From the human T2T-CHM13v2.0 reference genome, Homo sapiens: a DNA stretch of 64,000 bases. Positions within the stretch are counted from its first letter, which is position 1, and every line of letters starts with the position of its first letter. Where the stretch lies: the NCBI RefSeq assembly GCF_009914755.1, contig NC_060947.1; one strand, given 5' to 3'. Shown one piece after another: positions 1-45,772 of this stretch. The notes under the pieces were generated by a model that worked only from the letters and a program-made list of their open reading frames with translations, made no database searches and was not told the origin of the DNA. The position numbers were made by a program, and so were the translations under genes.

Positions 1-296
<296 letters not shown>

Positions 297-558
297 TTAA
301 GAAGTGACTCCCTTGGAGCTCCCATTCCCGGCTTCACAGGCCTGTCTTCCAGTAGATGCACAATCTCATCTGACTCCTGTCCTGGCTCACCATTGGTCCC
401 AAACTCATCTCCTCCTCCCTCTGCCCCTGCCCAGTGCCCATTCCACTCTCTTTCCTTCTCTCTCCACTAGCATTCCATGGGGCACCTGTCTCAGGGAGGC
501 TTGTCAGTTCAGCCCCTTCTCAAAAGGATCATGGACTCAATTACATTGAAGTCCACTA

Positions 559-962
<404 letters not shown>

Positions 963-1129
963 ACTAGTTCTGTGTGTATTCATTCTGTCTTTTGAGTTAC
1001 ATTGTTCAAGTCCTTACTTATTTTTTGACTGCTTGACATGACACAGGAAGGTAAAGAAGAATTTCCTTCAATGTCTGGATTTTTGCCTTCTGTATTCTGT
1101 TATGTTGGTTGATGCATAATGACTTACCT

Positions 1130-1748
<619 letters not shown>

Positions 1749-2250
1749 ATTTACCTGTTGATTATAACTTTTGTAATTGTTTAATGTCATCTATATCTTA
1801 TTAAAATGTATTCCTTCAATTTCATTTTTGAGTTAGAACTGGTGGCCCCTAACACACACTCTATGAATGCATTAAATATTAAGATATAGCTGCAGGTCTA
1901 ACAACCCTGCTGCTTTGGAAGTAGTGACGAATATATGTGATACTTGCAGATGTCTCTCTAACTGCAATGCAATGTAAACACATCTGGATTTCTATCGGTG
2001 ACAAAGCCAGGCACTTCTATTACCAATGTGGTTCATTGCCTCCACTCATAATGGCAGCAAATGCTAGTTTCAGTTAGAGGTTAGTACAAATAAAGATGTG
2101 ATTCTCCGCCCCCGGTTTCGAAGCTCACAGACCCCAGAATAAGATCCCCTGCTATAGTCCTCGCAGTACCAGGGTTCACCAGTGGAGTCGGAGTCGTGGC
2201 TTTAGAAACGCATGATGAATCTTCATTCATTCACCACCCAGGCCTTGCCA

Positions 2251-2313
2251 CCACTGGGTGCCATGCCCTTTCCACTGGGTGCCATGCCCTTTCCACTGGG
2301 TGCCATGCCCTTT
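2251..2313. repeat. 21-bp tandem repeat x3 (CCACTGGGTGCCATGCCCTTT)
   Basis: Three perfect copies at 2251, 2272 and 2293. Confidence 0.95.
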
Positions 2314-2432
2314 CCTGTGTTCAGCAGCTCGAGTTGCCTCCTGGGCAGCAGTCAAGACAGCTTATCACTCTGCTCCTAGCACTTGGGCTTCAGGGAGCCC
2401 CTGGCTTGGTTTTCTTCCTGCGTCACCACTGA

Positions 2433-3101
<669 letters not shown>

Positions 3102-3818
3102 CAGCATCTACATTCTTGTGATACTGAAAACATTCATGGTGAGTCCAGATCTCTCCGTCTGAACTGGAGACTCAGGAATCCCACTGCTGCTCCACCAGAC
3201 TGTGAACCCTCTGTCCCCACCAGCTCCCACCTGGGCCAGCCCTCACTGGCTGGGATGACAGCTACAGCTTCCTCTGCTGTCCCAGCTTCTGCCCTGTTCC
3301 CTACAGACTTCCCCCATAACACCCTCCCCTCCAAGCCCCAGGACCCAGGTAACAATGGAATCAGACCAGGCAGCTGGAGTCCGTCCCTTGCCCACTCTGC
3401 CTTTATCCTCCCGGGCTGCCAGGCCCCCCTGCTGTGCCACATGCCCCACCCTGCCCAGACTCCCAGTCCCTCAGACACACCCCTGATTGACTCGGCCCCT
3501 GCTCAGTGCTTCCCTGCTGCCACCCCATAGGAAAGAGCCCCCCCACAACCCTCTCCAGTGGTATTATTCCCACAGCTGTCACTCTCACCACCACCTAGGT
3601 CTGCTTGCTTACACTCTGCTCCTCCCGCCCCCACCACCAAAATTCGAGCTCTAGGAGGGCAGAGGCTTCTTCGTTGACTGAACGAACAGCACTGGGGCTC
3701 CGGAAACTCTCAGACCAGCTGAGCGACTGTGCTCAGCGAGGGGGCAAGAGCGCAGCCGGGCCAGACTCCCCCCATTCCCCCATTCAGCCTCTAGAGGGGA
3801 CAAGGAGGCAGCTCTCAC

Positions 3819-8328
<4,510 letters not shown>

Positions 8329-8379
8329 CCCTCCTGCTCCTCTAGGAAGCCAGACAGAGTTGGTCGCGGTCCCGTGACT

Positions 8380-8480
8380 GTCACTCAGCTGACACAGCCG
8401 CGCCCGGCTCACCCTCCCCCTCCTCTTCAGGGTTCCGCTGGGCCTGGGGGCGGGGCTTTGAGGCCCCGCCCCCGCACTTG
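8380..8480 (-). promoter_or_regulatory. RENBP proximal promoter with GC boxes
   Basis: GGGGCGGGG near 8447 and CCCCGCCCC near 8464 in a small CpG-rich patch just upstream of the RENBP ATG. Confidence 0.55.
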
Positions 8481-8779
8481 TTCCTGCCGCGACCCTCCAC
8501 TCGAATGGGCCAGTCCCTCCAGGGCCCCTGCTGGGAGCTCTGGTCTCAAGATCCTGCTTGGTGGGAAAAGCTGGGATGGCCGGAGGGTCTGGGATGAGGG
8601 GGAACGGGGCTGCCACCCACCCCGCCCTACACCAGGGGCCCCGGCAGGGCGGCTGAGGGCCTTGGCCCTACCAAGCCTGTGGGGCAGGGGTGCAGCAGGA
8701 CAGGGAACAGCTAGTGGGCCTGAATGCAGAGGTCCCTCTGACCTGTCACCACACAGGGTAGACAGGAGGCAAGTTCTGT

Positions 8780-9459
<680 letters not shown>

Positions 9460-11274
9460 TTGGCACTGACTTCTTTACACAAGTGACACAGCTCTAAGGC
9501 CAGACAGTAACTGCAGGTAACAGCCCACACCCCCCTTCTCTGGGCCTGTTTTCCAGCTGCCCAGATCTGTCTGTAGCTCTATGACTGACCCGATGATGCT
9601 ACAAGGCAGCTGGGCTGAGGTGGTTCCTACCTTCCAGGCCAACAGTGCACAAAATGGTTCCAGCCTCTGGGCGTGGTACTGCACTGCTGGTCTTTGATGC
9701 CACAGTGGCTGTCTCAGTCCCTGCTGCAGGCTGACCCACCCAACCCCAAACAGTTCCCCTTTGGGGTGCTTGGTAATGAGGCTGATGCCCCTGGCAGCTG
9801 GGGAGGCATCCTCTGTGTGCTCCCACCCACCCTCGGCCTCGGCTCATGCTCAGGGGATGAGCTTTGTGCCCAGCCGGGCTGTATCTACCTGCCCTGCTCA
9901 CAGGCCTGTCATGTTCACATTCATGTCCAGCCTCCCTCCTGCCTCCCCAGACTGAGTGGTGCCCTCAGACGGAAACGCGGTATTTTCAGATAAACACCAG
10001 AGGCATGACTGATGTGGCCCTTGCCTTGTGGAGTGTGATGCAGCCGCGGTGAGACAAGTGAGCTGAAGGAATGCGGAGGGTGGGTAGCCCCACAGGTGCC
10101 AGCTACAGAAGTGGGGTAGGAAGAAGCCTTGTACCACCCCCACCAGGCGAAGCGCCCACAACGCCATTTGCCAAAGGTATGGCAAATCCGCAAGGCCCCT
10201 CGGTTCTGGGGCCAGCCCCATGTGGCCCCTGGCCTCCACCAGCCCCAGCCATGACTCCTACCGCTCTGCTCTGAAGGACACTTTCCCACCCCTCTCCTTG
10301 GGCCTCTGCGAGGCTAGGCTCCAAGGCAGGTCACAGTTGGTGCGGTGGGTAAGACAGAGCCATGGCTCCTGGTGTCAAGCCCTGGCCAGTCTGCTTCCCC
10401 CCACCCCCACATGACACAGCAGACCCCACAGGACAGAGGCTTCCCAGAAGAGGTCGCATTCGACAGGGCCTTGCACACACACCCATGCCACAGGTGGAGA
10501 CACGGAGGCTTTGGTTACTCCAGGAGCTTCTGGTAGCGGAGTGCCTGGGTGCTCTGAGAGGAAGGCTGGGCAGTAGAGGTGTGTAGGGGAAACAAAGGCA
10601 GGCGGCAGGGGCTTGGAGGGGGCGGGGAATGCAGGTGCGCCAGGAGCACCAGGCCCCAGAAGCAGGGTGTCACTCCCCTCAGACCCGCCTAGGCCTGTGC
10701 TGCTCCGGCCACCTTGCCCCGGAGCTTTCTGGGCCTCCTGGTACAAATTCAGCCCACGGGATCCCAGCTGTCCTACCGACCCAGCTGCTAGGTGGTCAGT
10801 CTGGATCACAAGCTCTTGCTTCTTCCCCTTGGGGGCATGGCTCACATTTAAGAGGAAGCCAGAGGAAGGGATCCACCTCTGCAGTACCCGTGGTGTACTT
10901 GACTCAGCCCACCTCCCCCCAACCCACCCAAGGAGGCTGCCGCTGGTGACCTGCCAGGCCCTTGCCCCATCCTATCCTCTAGTGCAGGAGGGGAGGGAGG
11001 GAGATCTGGGCCCCAGACACAGGAAGTCAGCAGCAGCTGCCCAAGGGGCTCTTTGGCCCTTGCCCTGCAAGGCAGCTACCAAGCAACCTGCTGGACCCTG
11101 GTCCGACTTGGTCCAAAGACCGGAGGCCACAGCAGAGGCCTCACTCTGGGGCCTTCTACGCTTTCACCAGAGCTCAGGTCTCCCTCCAGGGGGCTCCCGT
11201 GAGCCTCGGGCAGGTCTCAGCCTTCCCGCTCAGGCTTCCTGAGAGGATGCCGGGACACAGTGAGACACCTAGTG

Positions 11275-13065
11275 GTTATTTCAAAAAAAGTCTTTTAATT
11301 GTTCAAAATAGCACAAAACGACATCGCACTATGGTAATATTGAGTCACAGGGGTTACTCTACAATAGTGAACGGTGTACTCTCCTCAGAAACAAATCAAT
11401 AGGCGCGCGAGAGAAGGGATGGGGTAAAACAACAGGACCAGGTGAGTGGGCTCCAAGGTGACTAAACGTGACATTTTCCACAGCGAAATATACTATAATA
11501 CAACAAACCAGAGGCCCTGGAGGACACAGGCTGCTGCGTCTCCAGGCAGAGGTCGGTAGGGGAGGGCTGGAAAGATTGGCTGCTCGGTTCAAATCCTTCT
11601 GACTTGCTGGCAAGCCTTGCTCCTCGACAGAAGTTTGGGGTGGGGGGCAGAAAACTCCAAGCAGATCCCCCAGCCTCGGAGCCTGGCCTGAGTTCCATGC
11701 TGCACAGCTGCTGCTGGTGGCCTGCTCCATTGCCCTAGCCTCCCTTGTGGGTGACACTACACAGTCACCCTCCCAAGCTGCCTCCAAGGACGCCTGGTTC
11801 CCCTCCATTCTCCACCCTTTCCATGACGATTTGGGGGAGGTGGAGCAGTGGCTGCGGAAACCAGCAGCCCTGTTTGGGAGGCGGTGCCGGTGGTGCTCAG
11901 GGAGGGGGCATGGGGAGAGCTGGAAATCCAGGACAAGGAGGCCCCAGCCCTCCCTCAAGCTCCCCTAGGCTCGACCCTATAGATGCGGAGTGATCGCCCA
12001 TGAGGAATGAGCTGTCCTTCCTTTGTTCCAGCGGCCTGAGGACAGGCAAAAGGGCAGAGGGCAGGGGCCAGCAACAGGAAGTTGGGCTGGGTGGCAAACA
12101 GCAGGCCCCTCGTGGCAGATTTCACACCTCTCCTGCCCTGGCTGGCCCCAGCTTTTCCTCCAGAAAGATCCCTGCCAAGAATTAGCCAAGAAGAAAAAAG
12201 TAAAAAAACAAAAACAAAACAAAACAAAACAAAAAAAAGAGAAAAGAAAAAAGATTACACATTCTGTACACAGCTAACAACAACAAAAAAGGGACAAAAC
12301 CCCACACGCTAAAATTACAATGAAAGTGTGAACTTCACCAATTGCAACCTAAAAAACACAACAAATGCAGCAGTTGGCAGTGCGGCCTGCAGGGAGGTCT
12401 GCACAGGCGCTGCCCAGGCCGCCGCGGGGCTCCTTGCCCCTTTTTTCTTTTTCCTTCTTTTCTTTTTTAAAATGGGAAAGAAGAGGGGGAGGGTAGAAGA
12501 GGTGGGAGCACAAAGGCCTCTGAGAAAATGTGTAAGCTTCCTGTGGGGTCACTGAGCAGGGTGGGCCGGGGGAGCCTGAGGAAGGGAAGTTAGGTGACTG
12601 GAAACACAAGGGGAAGAAAAGAAAACAGAACCAGACACCCAGGCCAGGGTGCCAGGAAAGCCACTCTGGGGAGGGCCAAGAGGGACGCCTTTCCTCCCCT
12701 CCATGCCTGCCCCCGACCTGGCCCTCAGGAACGCACAGCCTTGGGAGGGCGGAGCTGGCTGTCCTCAGCTCCGCCTTCCCTCCCCGCAAAAGTCTCTCCC
12801 CAGGGTGGGCGGCAGCGGGGAGGAAAGGAAGCGCGCTCCTCTCTCTGCTTTCCCATCTGCCTCTGCTTCCTCCCAACAGCAATGGTAAAATGTGCTTTCT
12901 TTAGATTATTTTAAAAACAGAGAGAAAGAGAAAGGGGAGAGGAGTGAACAGCGGCTCGCGAGGGTGAAGTGCGAATGCTGGGACGGGGTGGGAGGGGTGG
13001 GCCCTGGCGGGTGTTCCTGAAGCAGGGGGGTCTGGAGAAGAATCCAGGGGCTAGTCAGCTTCCTC
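11275..13065 (-). other. HCFC1: HCFC1 3' UTR (~1.8 kb) with U-rich block
   Basis: Extends from the stop codon at 13066 to the ATTAAA signal. U-rich tract on the mRNA strand at ~12190-12370. The 3' end is approximate. Confidence 0.8.
11294..11299 (-). terminator. HCFC1 poly(A) signal ATTAAA
   Basis: The minus strand reads GAACAATTAAAAGACTTTTTTTG at the end of the UTR. Confidence 0.75.
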
Positions 13066-34560
<21,495 letters not shown>

Positions 34561-34695
34561 AGTTCCGGGAAAGGGTGCGGTGGGGAGAAGTCAACAAGCG
34601 GGAAGGGAGCCCCTCAATTCCTTTCACACACCCCCTTTCGTCTAAGGCAGCTCTCACGGAGAAGCGGTTTCTCACACAGCGGTAGACGACTCCAT

Positions 34696-35828
34696 GGAGG
34701 CCGCCATCTTAACTGCCCTCCTTCCCTTTGGCTCTTCCCTTTCTTCTCGCTCACCCCGTCTCCGCAAGAGCCGCCCGAAACTGTCGAGCGCCTAGGCTCA
34801 AGAAGCTGGAGGCCGCTGAGTCCCGTCGCCCCGACTACTTGTCCGGGCGCTCCCGCTTACAAGCTCGGGCGGGAGGCCCTGGGAGCCGCCATCTTGAGCC
34901 GCCTCTCTCTCCTCCCTTCCTCAGTCGTAGCCCTCCCCCGCCGGAAATGGCGGAGCCCCGGCCCGGTTCCCACACCCCCAAGTCCCCAGCACTGGCCGGC
35001 TTCCGGGGCGGGTGGAAAGGAGCCACAAGCGCCGCGGTCGTCGCAGCCCCGCCGGCGCTCAGACCACAATTGTGGGAGCCGCCATCTTGAGACCGTCCCG
35101 CTTCCCCGCCCAGCGCCTTAGTGCAGCCGCCGCTCCCGAAACAGCCTCGACACACCTAACGAATGGAGGCGGGCCGGAGGCCGGTGGAACCAGCTCGAGC
35201 TCTCGAGGGCCGTTTGGGGGCTCGCGCCGTACGGCTTGTGAAGTCTCGCGCCTCTCCCCTTAGTCCGCCTCTGCTGCTCAGGCTGCGCCTGCCGCCGTGG
35301 GAGCCGCCATCTTGAGACTAGCTCCCCGTTCCCCCCTATTCTCTTCCTCCTAGGTCAGTTCTTCCACTGCACACCAAACTCAAGGCGGTGTCCGATCCTC
35401 ACTTCCCGCCTTATGACTCCTTCCCACAGGAGCCGCTTCAAAGAGCTAGAGTTAGGCCCCGAAGCGGCAACTGTACGGCAGAAGAAGCGGTAACGGCAGG
35501 GCGCTCATGCCTCCTCCCTGGGAGCCGCCATCTTGTGTGAAGAAGTAACAACTAAACATGGCGGCAGCGGCGCCGGCGGTCGGGCGAGGAGGCGGAGCCG
35601 GGTGACGTCACCGCTTCCCCCCACTCGCCCTCGCACCGCTTCGCCCCTGGGCCCAAGCCTCTTAAAGGACCCCTGCGCTGCCTCGCGGCGGGGGTGGGGG
35701 TCGGCGCTGCCGCGCGCTGGGCTAAAGCTCGAGTCGCGCTCAGATCAGGTGCAGGCGCAGGCGCGCCCCGCCCCACGGCCCCCCCACCGGGCGAGCCTCC
35801 ACGCCTCCGCCCTGGGAGCCGCCATCTT
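34696..35828. promoter_or_regulatory. Six tandem YY1-type elements GGGAGCCGCCATCTT
   Basis: Copies at 34696 (GGAGGCCGCCATCTT), 34881, 35074, 35299, 35520 and 35814, all in the same orientation. Reverse-oriented cores at 35555 (AACATGGCGGC) and 35887 (AAGATGGCGGC). GCCGCCATCTT is the YY1 consensus. Confidence 0.9.
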
Positions 35829-36259
35829 GCCACTTCCCCTCGCCCGGCCGTCCGCGGGCGTCAATAGCGACTTTCAGCACAAAACAAAGATGGCGGCGGC
35901 GGCATCTCGGAAATGCCCGGATGAGACTGCTAACCCCTCCGACGCGCTCGGCCCCGCCCCCTTGGGAACGGTCTCTCGGGTTGATAAGGGACGCACGCCC
36001 GAAGAACTGCCTTTAACCAGCACTGGGGACAGCGGCACGCAGGTGGCCGGGGTTGGCGAACAGCCACTGCAGCCGCGCCTGCGGCCGGGAAGCGAGCATT
36101 TTCGCGCCCTGCACACCCAGCAGCCGCAGGAGGCGGCCCGAGGCGCGCCGCGGGGGAGCCGGGGGCGGGGCGACAGTGGGAGGCGACGCAGCCGAGCGCC
36201 GGCGCCCGGGGGTGGAGCCTCCGCCCGCTCCCAGGCTCCCAGGCTGCGGGGCCCGCCCT

Positions 36260-36580
36260 CGGGCGCCACCGCCTCCGCCCGCGCCGCAGCAAAATGAGCC
36301 GGGCCGCGCGCCCCAGACCGCCGCGCGCTCGGCCGCCCCCACTGCCGAGAGGCCCGCAGTCGGGCCGGTGGCGCACGAGCCGGGCGGGCGACCGCGGGAG
36401 GCGTCCGCGTCATCTCGCGTCACCTCGCCCCGCCCGCTTCCCAGGCTTCGAGTCCCGCCCTGCGCGCAGGCGCACCGGCGCTGCTCGGATCCTCCCTTTT
36501 CGGAGATTTGAATTTCCCCCAGCGAGGCGAGTGAGGCGAAATACCCGTATGGTGATAGCTGGCCTTTTCGCGCCAATACT
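36260..36580 (+). other. TMEM187: TMEM187 non-coding exon 1 (5' boundary approximate)
   Basis: Strong donor ACT|GTAAGT at 36580/36581 at the CpG-island edge. Matching acceptor CAAAG|G at 45559/45560 upstream of the TMEM187 ORF. Confidence 0.7.
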
Positions 36581-36660
36581 GTAAGTGCTCACCGCAGCCC
36601 TGGGAGGTGGGTCCCGGCCTCGCCCCCACGTTTCGCCTCCTCTAGGAGGCCGCCCGGGCG

Positions 36661-36684
36661 CGGCGGCGGCGGCGGCGGCGGCGG
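36661..36684 (+). repeat. (CGG)8 trinucleotide repeat
   Basis: Eight perfect CGG units. Confidence 0.95.
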
Positions 36685-37162
36685 CATCCGCCCTGCCACG
36701 CGCAGGCCGCAGCGCGGGGACCCAAGCTGCTGCCCGGGAGCGGCAGTCGCCAGTAGAAATGGACAGACCGGTCCTGTCAGAGCCTGTGGCTTTTGTTGTA
36801 AACGTCTAGAAGTTCAGTTAAATTACAAGATCTACCAGATCTACCGGCGGGCAGAATTATTACTTTGAAGTTACTGAAGTTATGCGTCCTGCTGGAAGAC
36901 CTTGTAATTTAATGCGTTAGTAAAGAAGCACACGTCACCCTCTCACACATTTTCAACAATATTTTTAAAGTCGCCTCTCAACATATTACATGTATTTTGT
37001 AATCGTCTGTGTTTTAGTTCATGCAGTTGGAAGTATCCATTTGAGAAGGGACAAAGAGAAGAATTCTTGCCTGTCTGTGCCACCACCTGCTCTTTGTGAC
37101 CTTGGCTAGTTACCTCACATATGTCCCCAAGTCCCCCACCCATGGTAAATAAGAAAACTAAG

Positions 37163-37404
37163 GCCTGATGCGTTGGCTCATGCCTGTAATCCCAACACTT
37201 TGGAAGGCTGAGGTGGGAGGATTGCTTGAGCCTAGCCGGGGCAACATAGCGAGACCCGGAGGCATGGTGGCACACGCCTGTGGTCCCAGGTACTTGGAAC
37301 GCTGAGGTGGGAGGATGGCTTGAGCCAGGGAGTTCAGGGCTGCAGTGAGCTGAGATCGCGCCACTGCTCCAGCCTGGGCGACAGAGCAAGACCCTGTCTC
37401 AAAA

Positions 37405-37430
<26 letters not shown>
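37163..37430 (+). mobile_element. Alu (AluJ-like) with (CA)n tail
   Basis: Alu consensus; CA repeat at ~37405-37430. Confidence 0.85.
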
Positions 37431-37435
<5 letters not shown>

Positions 37436-38814
37436 CAGCTGCTGGTTTCCAAGGGCCTTGCCTGGAATCAGTCCAGAAGCTAAATTAATGTTAATTGATA
37501 TTCCTTTATCCACAGAAAGACAGCAAGAAAGGTCATGCGGAGCGGGGGACATAACTAACCATAAATGCTAAAGGCCTGGAGGTGACAGTGCCTGCTGTTT
37601 AAACGCGTGCGGGAGAGTCTGGGGCCTTTAGCCAGGAGATTGTCAGGCTTCCCAGGGCTTCCCTGAAAGACCCCAGACCCAGGGGCCAGTGCTGTTGAGG
37701 TGTTGGCTTTCCCATGCCAGGCGCTGGGGGAAGCTGTGACGAGATTTGAGTGTCACATAATAAGGATCATGGCAATTCAAAGGTACAGGGAAGCTAGGCT
37801 ATAAGGTAACCAGCTCGGTTTTCCTGGGGGTCTTGGACAGGTGCTTTGATTACATGGTCACTGTCAGCCCGTACCCCCGGTCAGATAGACTGAACCCCTG
37901 CAGCCGGAAAGAGGAGTTGCTTTCCATGCCCTTCCTGGAGTTCTTCCTCGATCAAGTTGACAGTGTTTGACTCTTGTTCCAGCTCTCCGCCCTGCTTGCT
38001 GGCAGGCAGGAGGGTCAGACTAGCATGGGTGCCATGGGGCCCTAGGTGGGTGCAGGGAAGGACCTGTAGACGCCATGCGGGGCCTCAGCTGGTGTCTCAG
38101 CTGGAGTCAGGAGCTGAACGGGGAAGTGCCTGAGAGGAAATGACAGCTGAGTCAAGGGCAATGGCCAGGCGAAGTGGGCAAAGGGCTTCCAGGACAGAGC
38201 TGGGCCTGAGGAGCTCACAGGGCTGGATGGGGATGGCACTTTAAGTCTGGCCAAGACTTTGGGACATGATCCAGGACATGGAATGGGAAGCTGGTCATGG
38301 AAGGGTGGAAAGCCAGGGCAGACATGATCCCATCCAGGGCTGCTCAAAGATGCTGGGGCTGCGGTGTGCACACCCCTGGACCCAGAGGCTTTTTTGACTG
38401 GGAGGACGGGGCAGGAGGAGTTCGGGTGCCCCATGCTGAGATGGCAGGCTTGTGTGAAGCAAGGACGTATGGAGTGATAGTGAGGACTGTGGTTCCTGTG
38501 TGGCAACACCATGCTTCAGAGGGCAATGGGGCACCCACATGCCAAGCCTGGTGGCCCTCCTCAGCAACGGAACTCCAAGGCAAGAAGGCTGAGAATGAGG
38601 CCCAGGAGGATGCGGTGGGCCCCAGGACCTGCTTGAGAAGTGAAATAGCAAACAGGACTGGTAAAAGGGAGCAGAGGTGCTGGCTTTGTTCTTTAATATA
38701 ATTGAATTGAAATTGAGCAGGGCTTCACTGGGCATCTGAGGAAGAGCAAGGAATCAGACCCTGTCCCACCCATTTGGGGCCTAAATTGCAGTAGGGCAGA
38801 TGGACATTGCACCT

Positions 38815-44669
<5,855 letters not shown>

Positions 44670-44807
44670 TTAAGGTGCAAGATCACATGGTTAGTAAGTG
44701 GGAGAGCCAAGGTTTGAACAGTCTGGCATCAGCTGACCAGGAACTGGAGCCCACCCTTCTCTCTCCCTGAGCCCGCCTACCCGCCCACCCTCTTGAGTGC
44801 GAAATTT

Positions 44808-44886
44808 ATTAATATGGAAGGGAGAAGAGCTTTAATGATTGGAGTCATTTTCAGAGCATTAAAGCTCTTCTCCCTTCCATATTAAT
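44808..44886. ncRNA. MIR3202: miR-3202 hairpin (MIR3202-1/-2, both strands)
   Basis: Perfect 30-bp inverted repeat (44808-44837 / 44857-44886) with a 19-nt loop. The arm contains TGGAAGGGAGAAGAGCTTTAAT, which I recognise as mature miR-3202. Confidence 0.85.
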
Positions 44887-45772
44887 GTATTTCTCAGCTA
44901 CTAGGGCTCACTTACAGCACCAGTGGCCCCAAAGCAGTTGACAGTCAGTGGTAATTAAATTGTCTCTCTGGTTCTGTGACTGAAGGAGACAGAAGGCTTT
45001 ATGGTGGCCTGAGGAAAGAAGGTGATTTGGGGCTTGGCACTTCAGGAGAGGGCAGGCGAGTGAGCCAGGGAAGCTGGCCTGGGAAGCCTGCGGGTCACCC
45101 CCTTGCCTCCCGGCCTGGTGCTTGAGTGGCAGACGGTGAATCCTCCTCCTCCTCCATCCCCCACCTTGTGTCAGAGGCCAGAGCTCGGACTCCATCTAAT
45201 GGTCTCTAGTTCAGCTGGGTATTTGGTGAAAAGGGCTTTGGGGCTGGAGACGTCCACTTTTATAACACACTGACATGGGAAGGCGCATTCTGAGTTGTAA
45301 TGACAGAGCTAGACAGGTCTTGTCTGTAGATGCAGTGGCTTTAAGGAAACTAGGACGATGGGCAGGATTTTCCTAGGTGCCAGGAGAAAGGGGTGATAGA
45401 GGATTCTAGAGGCTTGAGAGAGTCAGTGTGCAGCGGTTTCACTCTGATTTGCTTCTCCAGTGAAGATGGTTGGTAGCTCCTGAGGCCGGGGGTCAGGAAC
45501 ATGGAGGCGGTGCTGGGGACGGTTTGTTTTCTAACCACACTCCTTTTGTAACCACAAAGGAAAAAGGCAGAACGTTCCTCCGCTGGCGCCAGCCAATCAG
45601 CAGGACTCCTGCCTTCCTTCGGGGCAAGGTCGCAGCATCTGCCTCGGAAATCACGAAATCACGGGGCTTCTTTCTGCTGGCTCAGCCGGGAGGCCCAGAG
45701 TGTTCTGCAGAGGCTGCGTATTGAAGGCTGCTCTCTGAAGCTCCCTGCCCCAGGTCACGCCGCCGGTTCCAG

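Noticed and set aside
1835-2150. AT-rich segment resembling an old DNA transposon
   Set aside because: Too decayed to assign a family or boundaries by eye.
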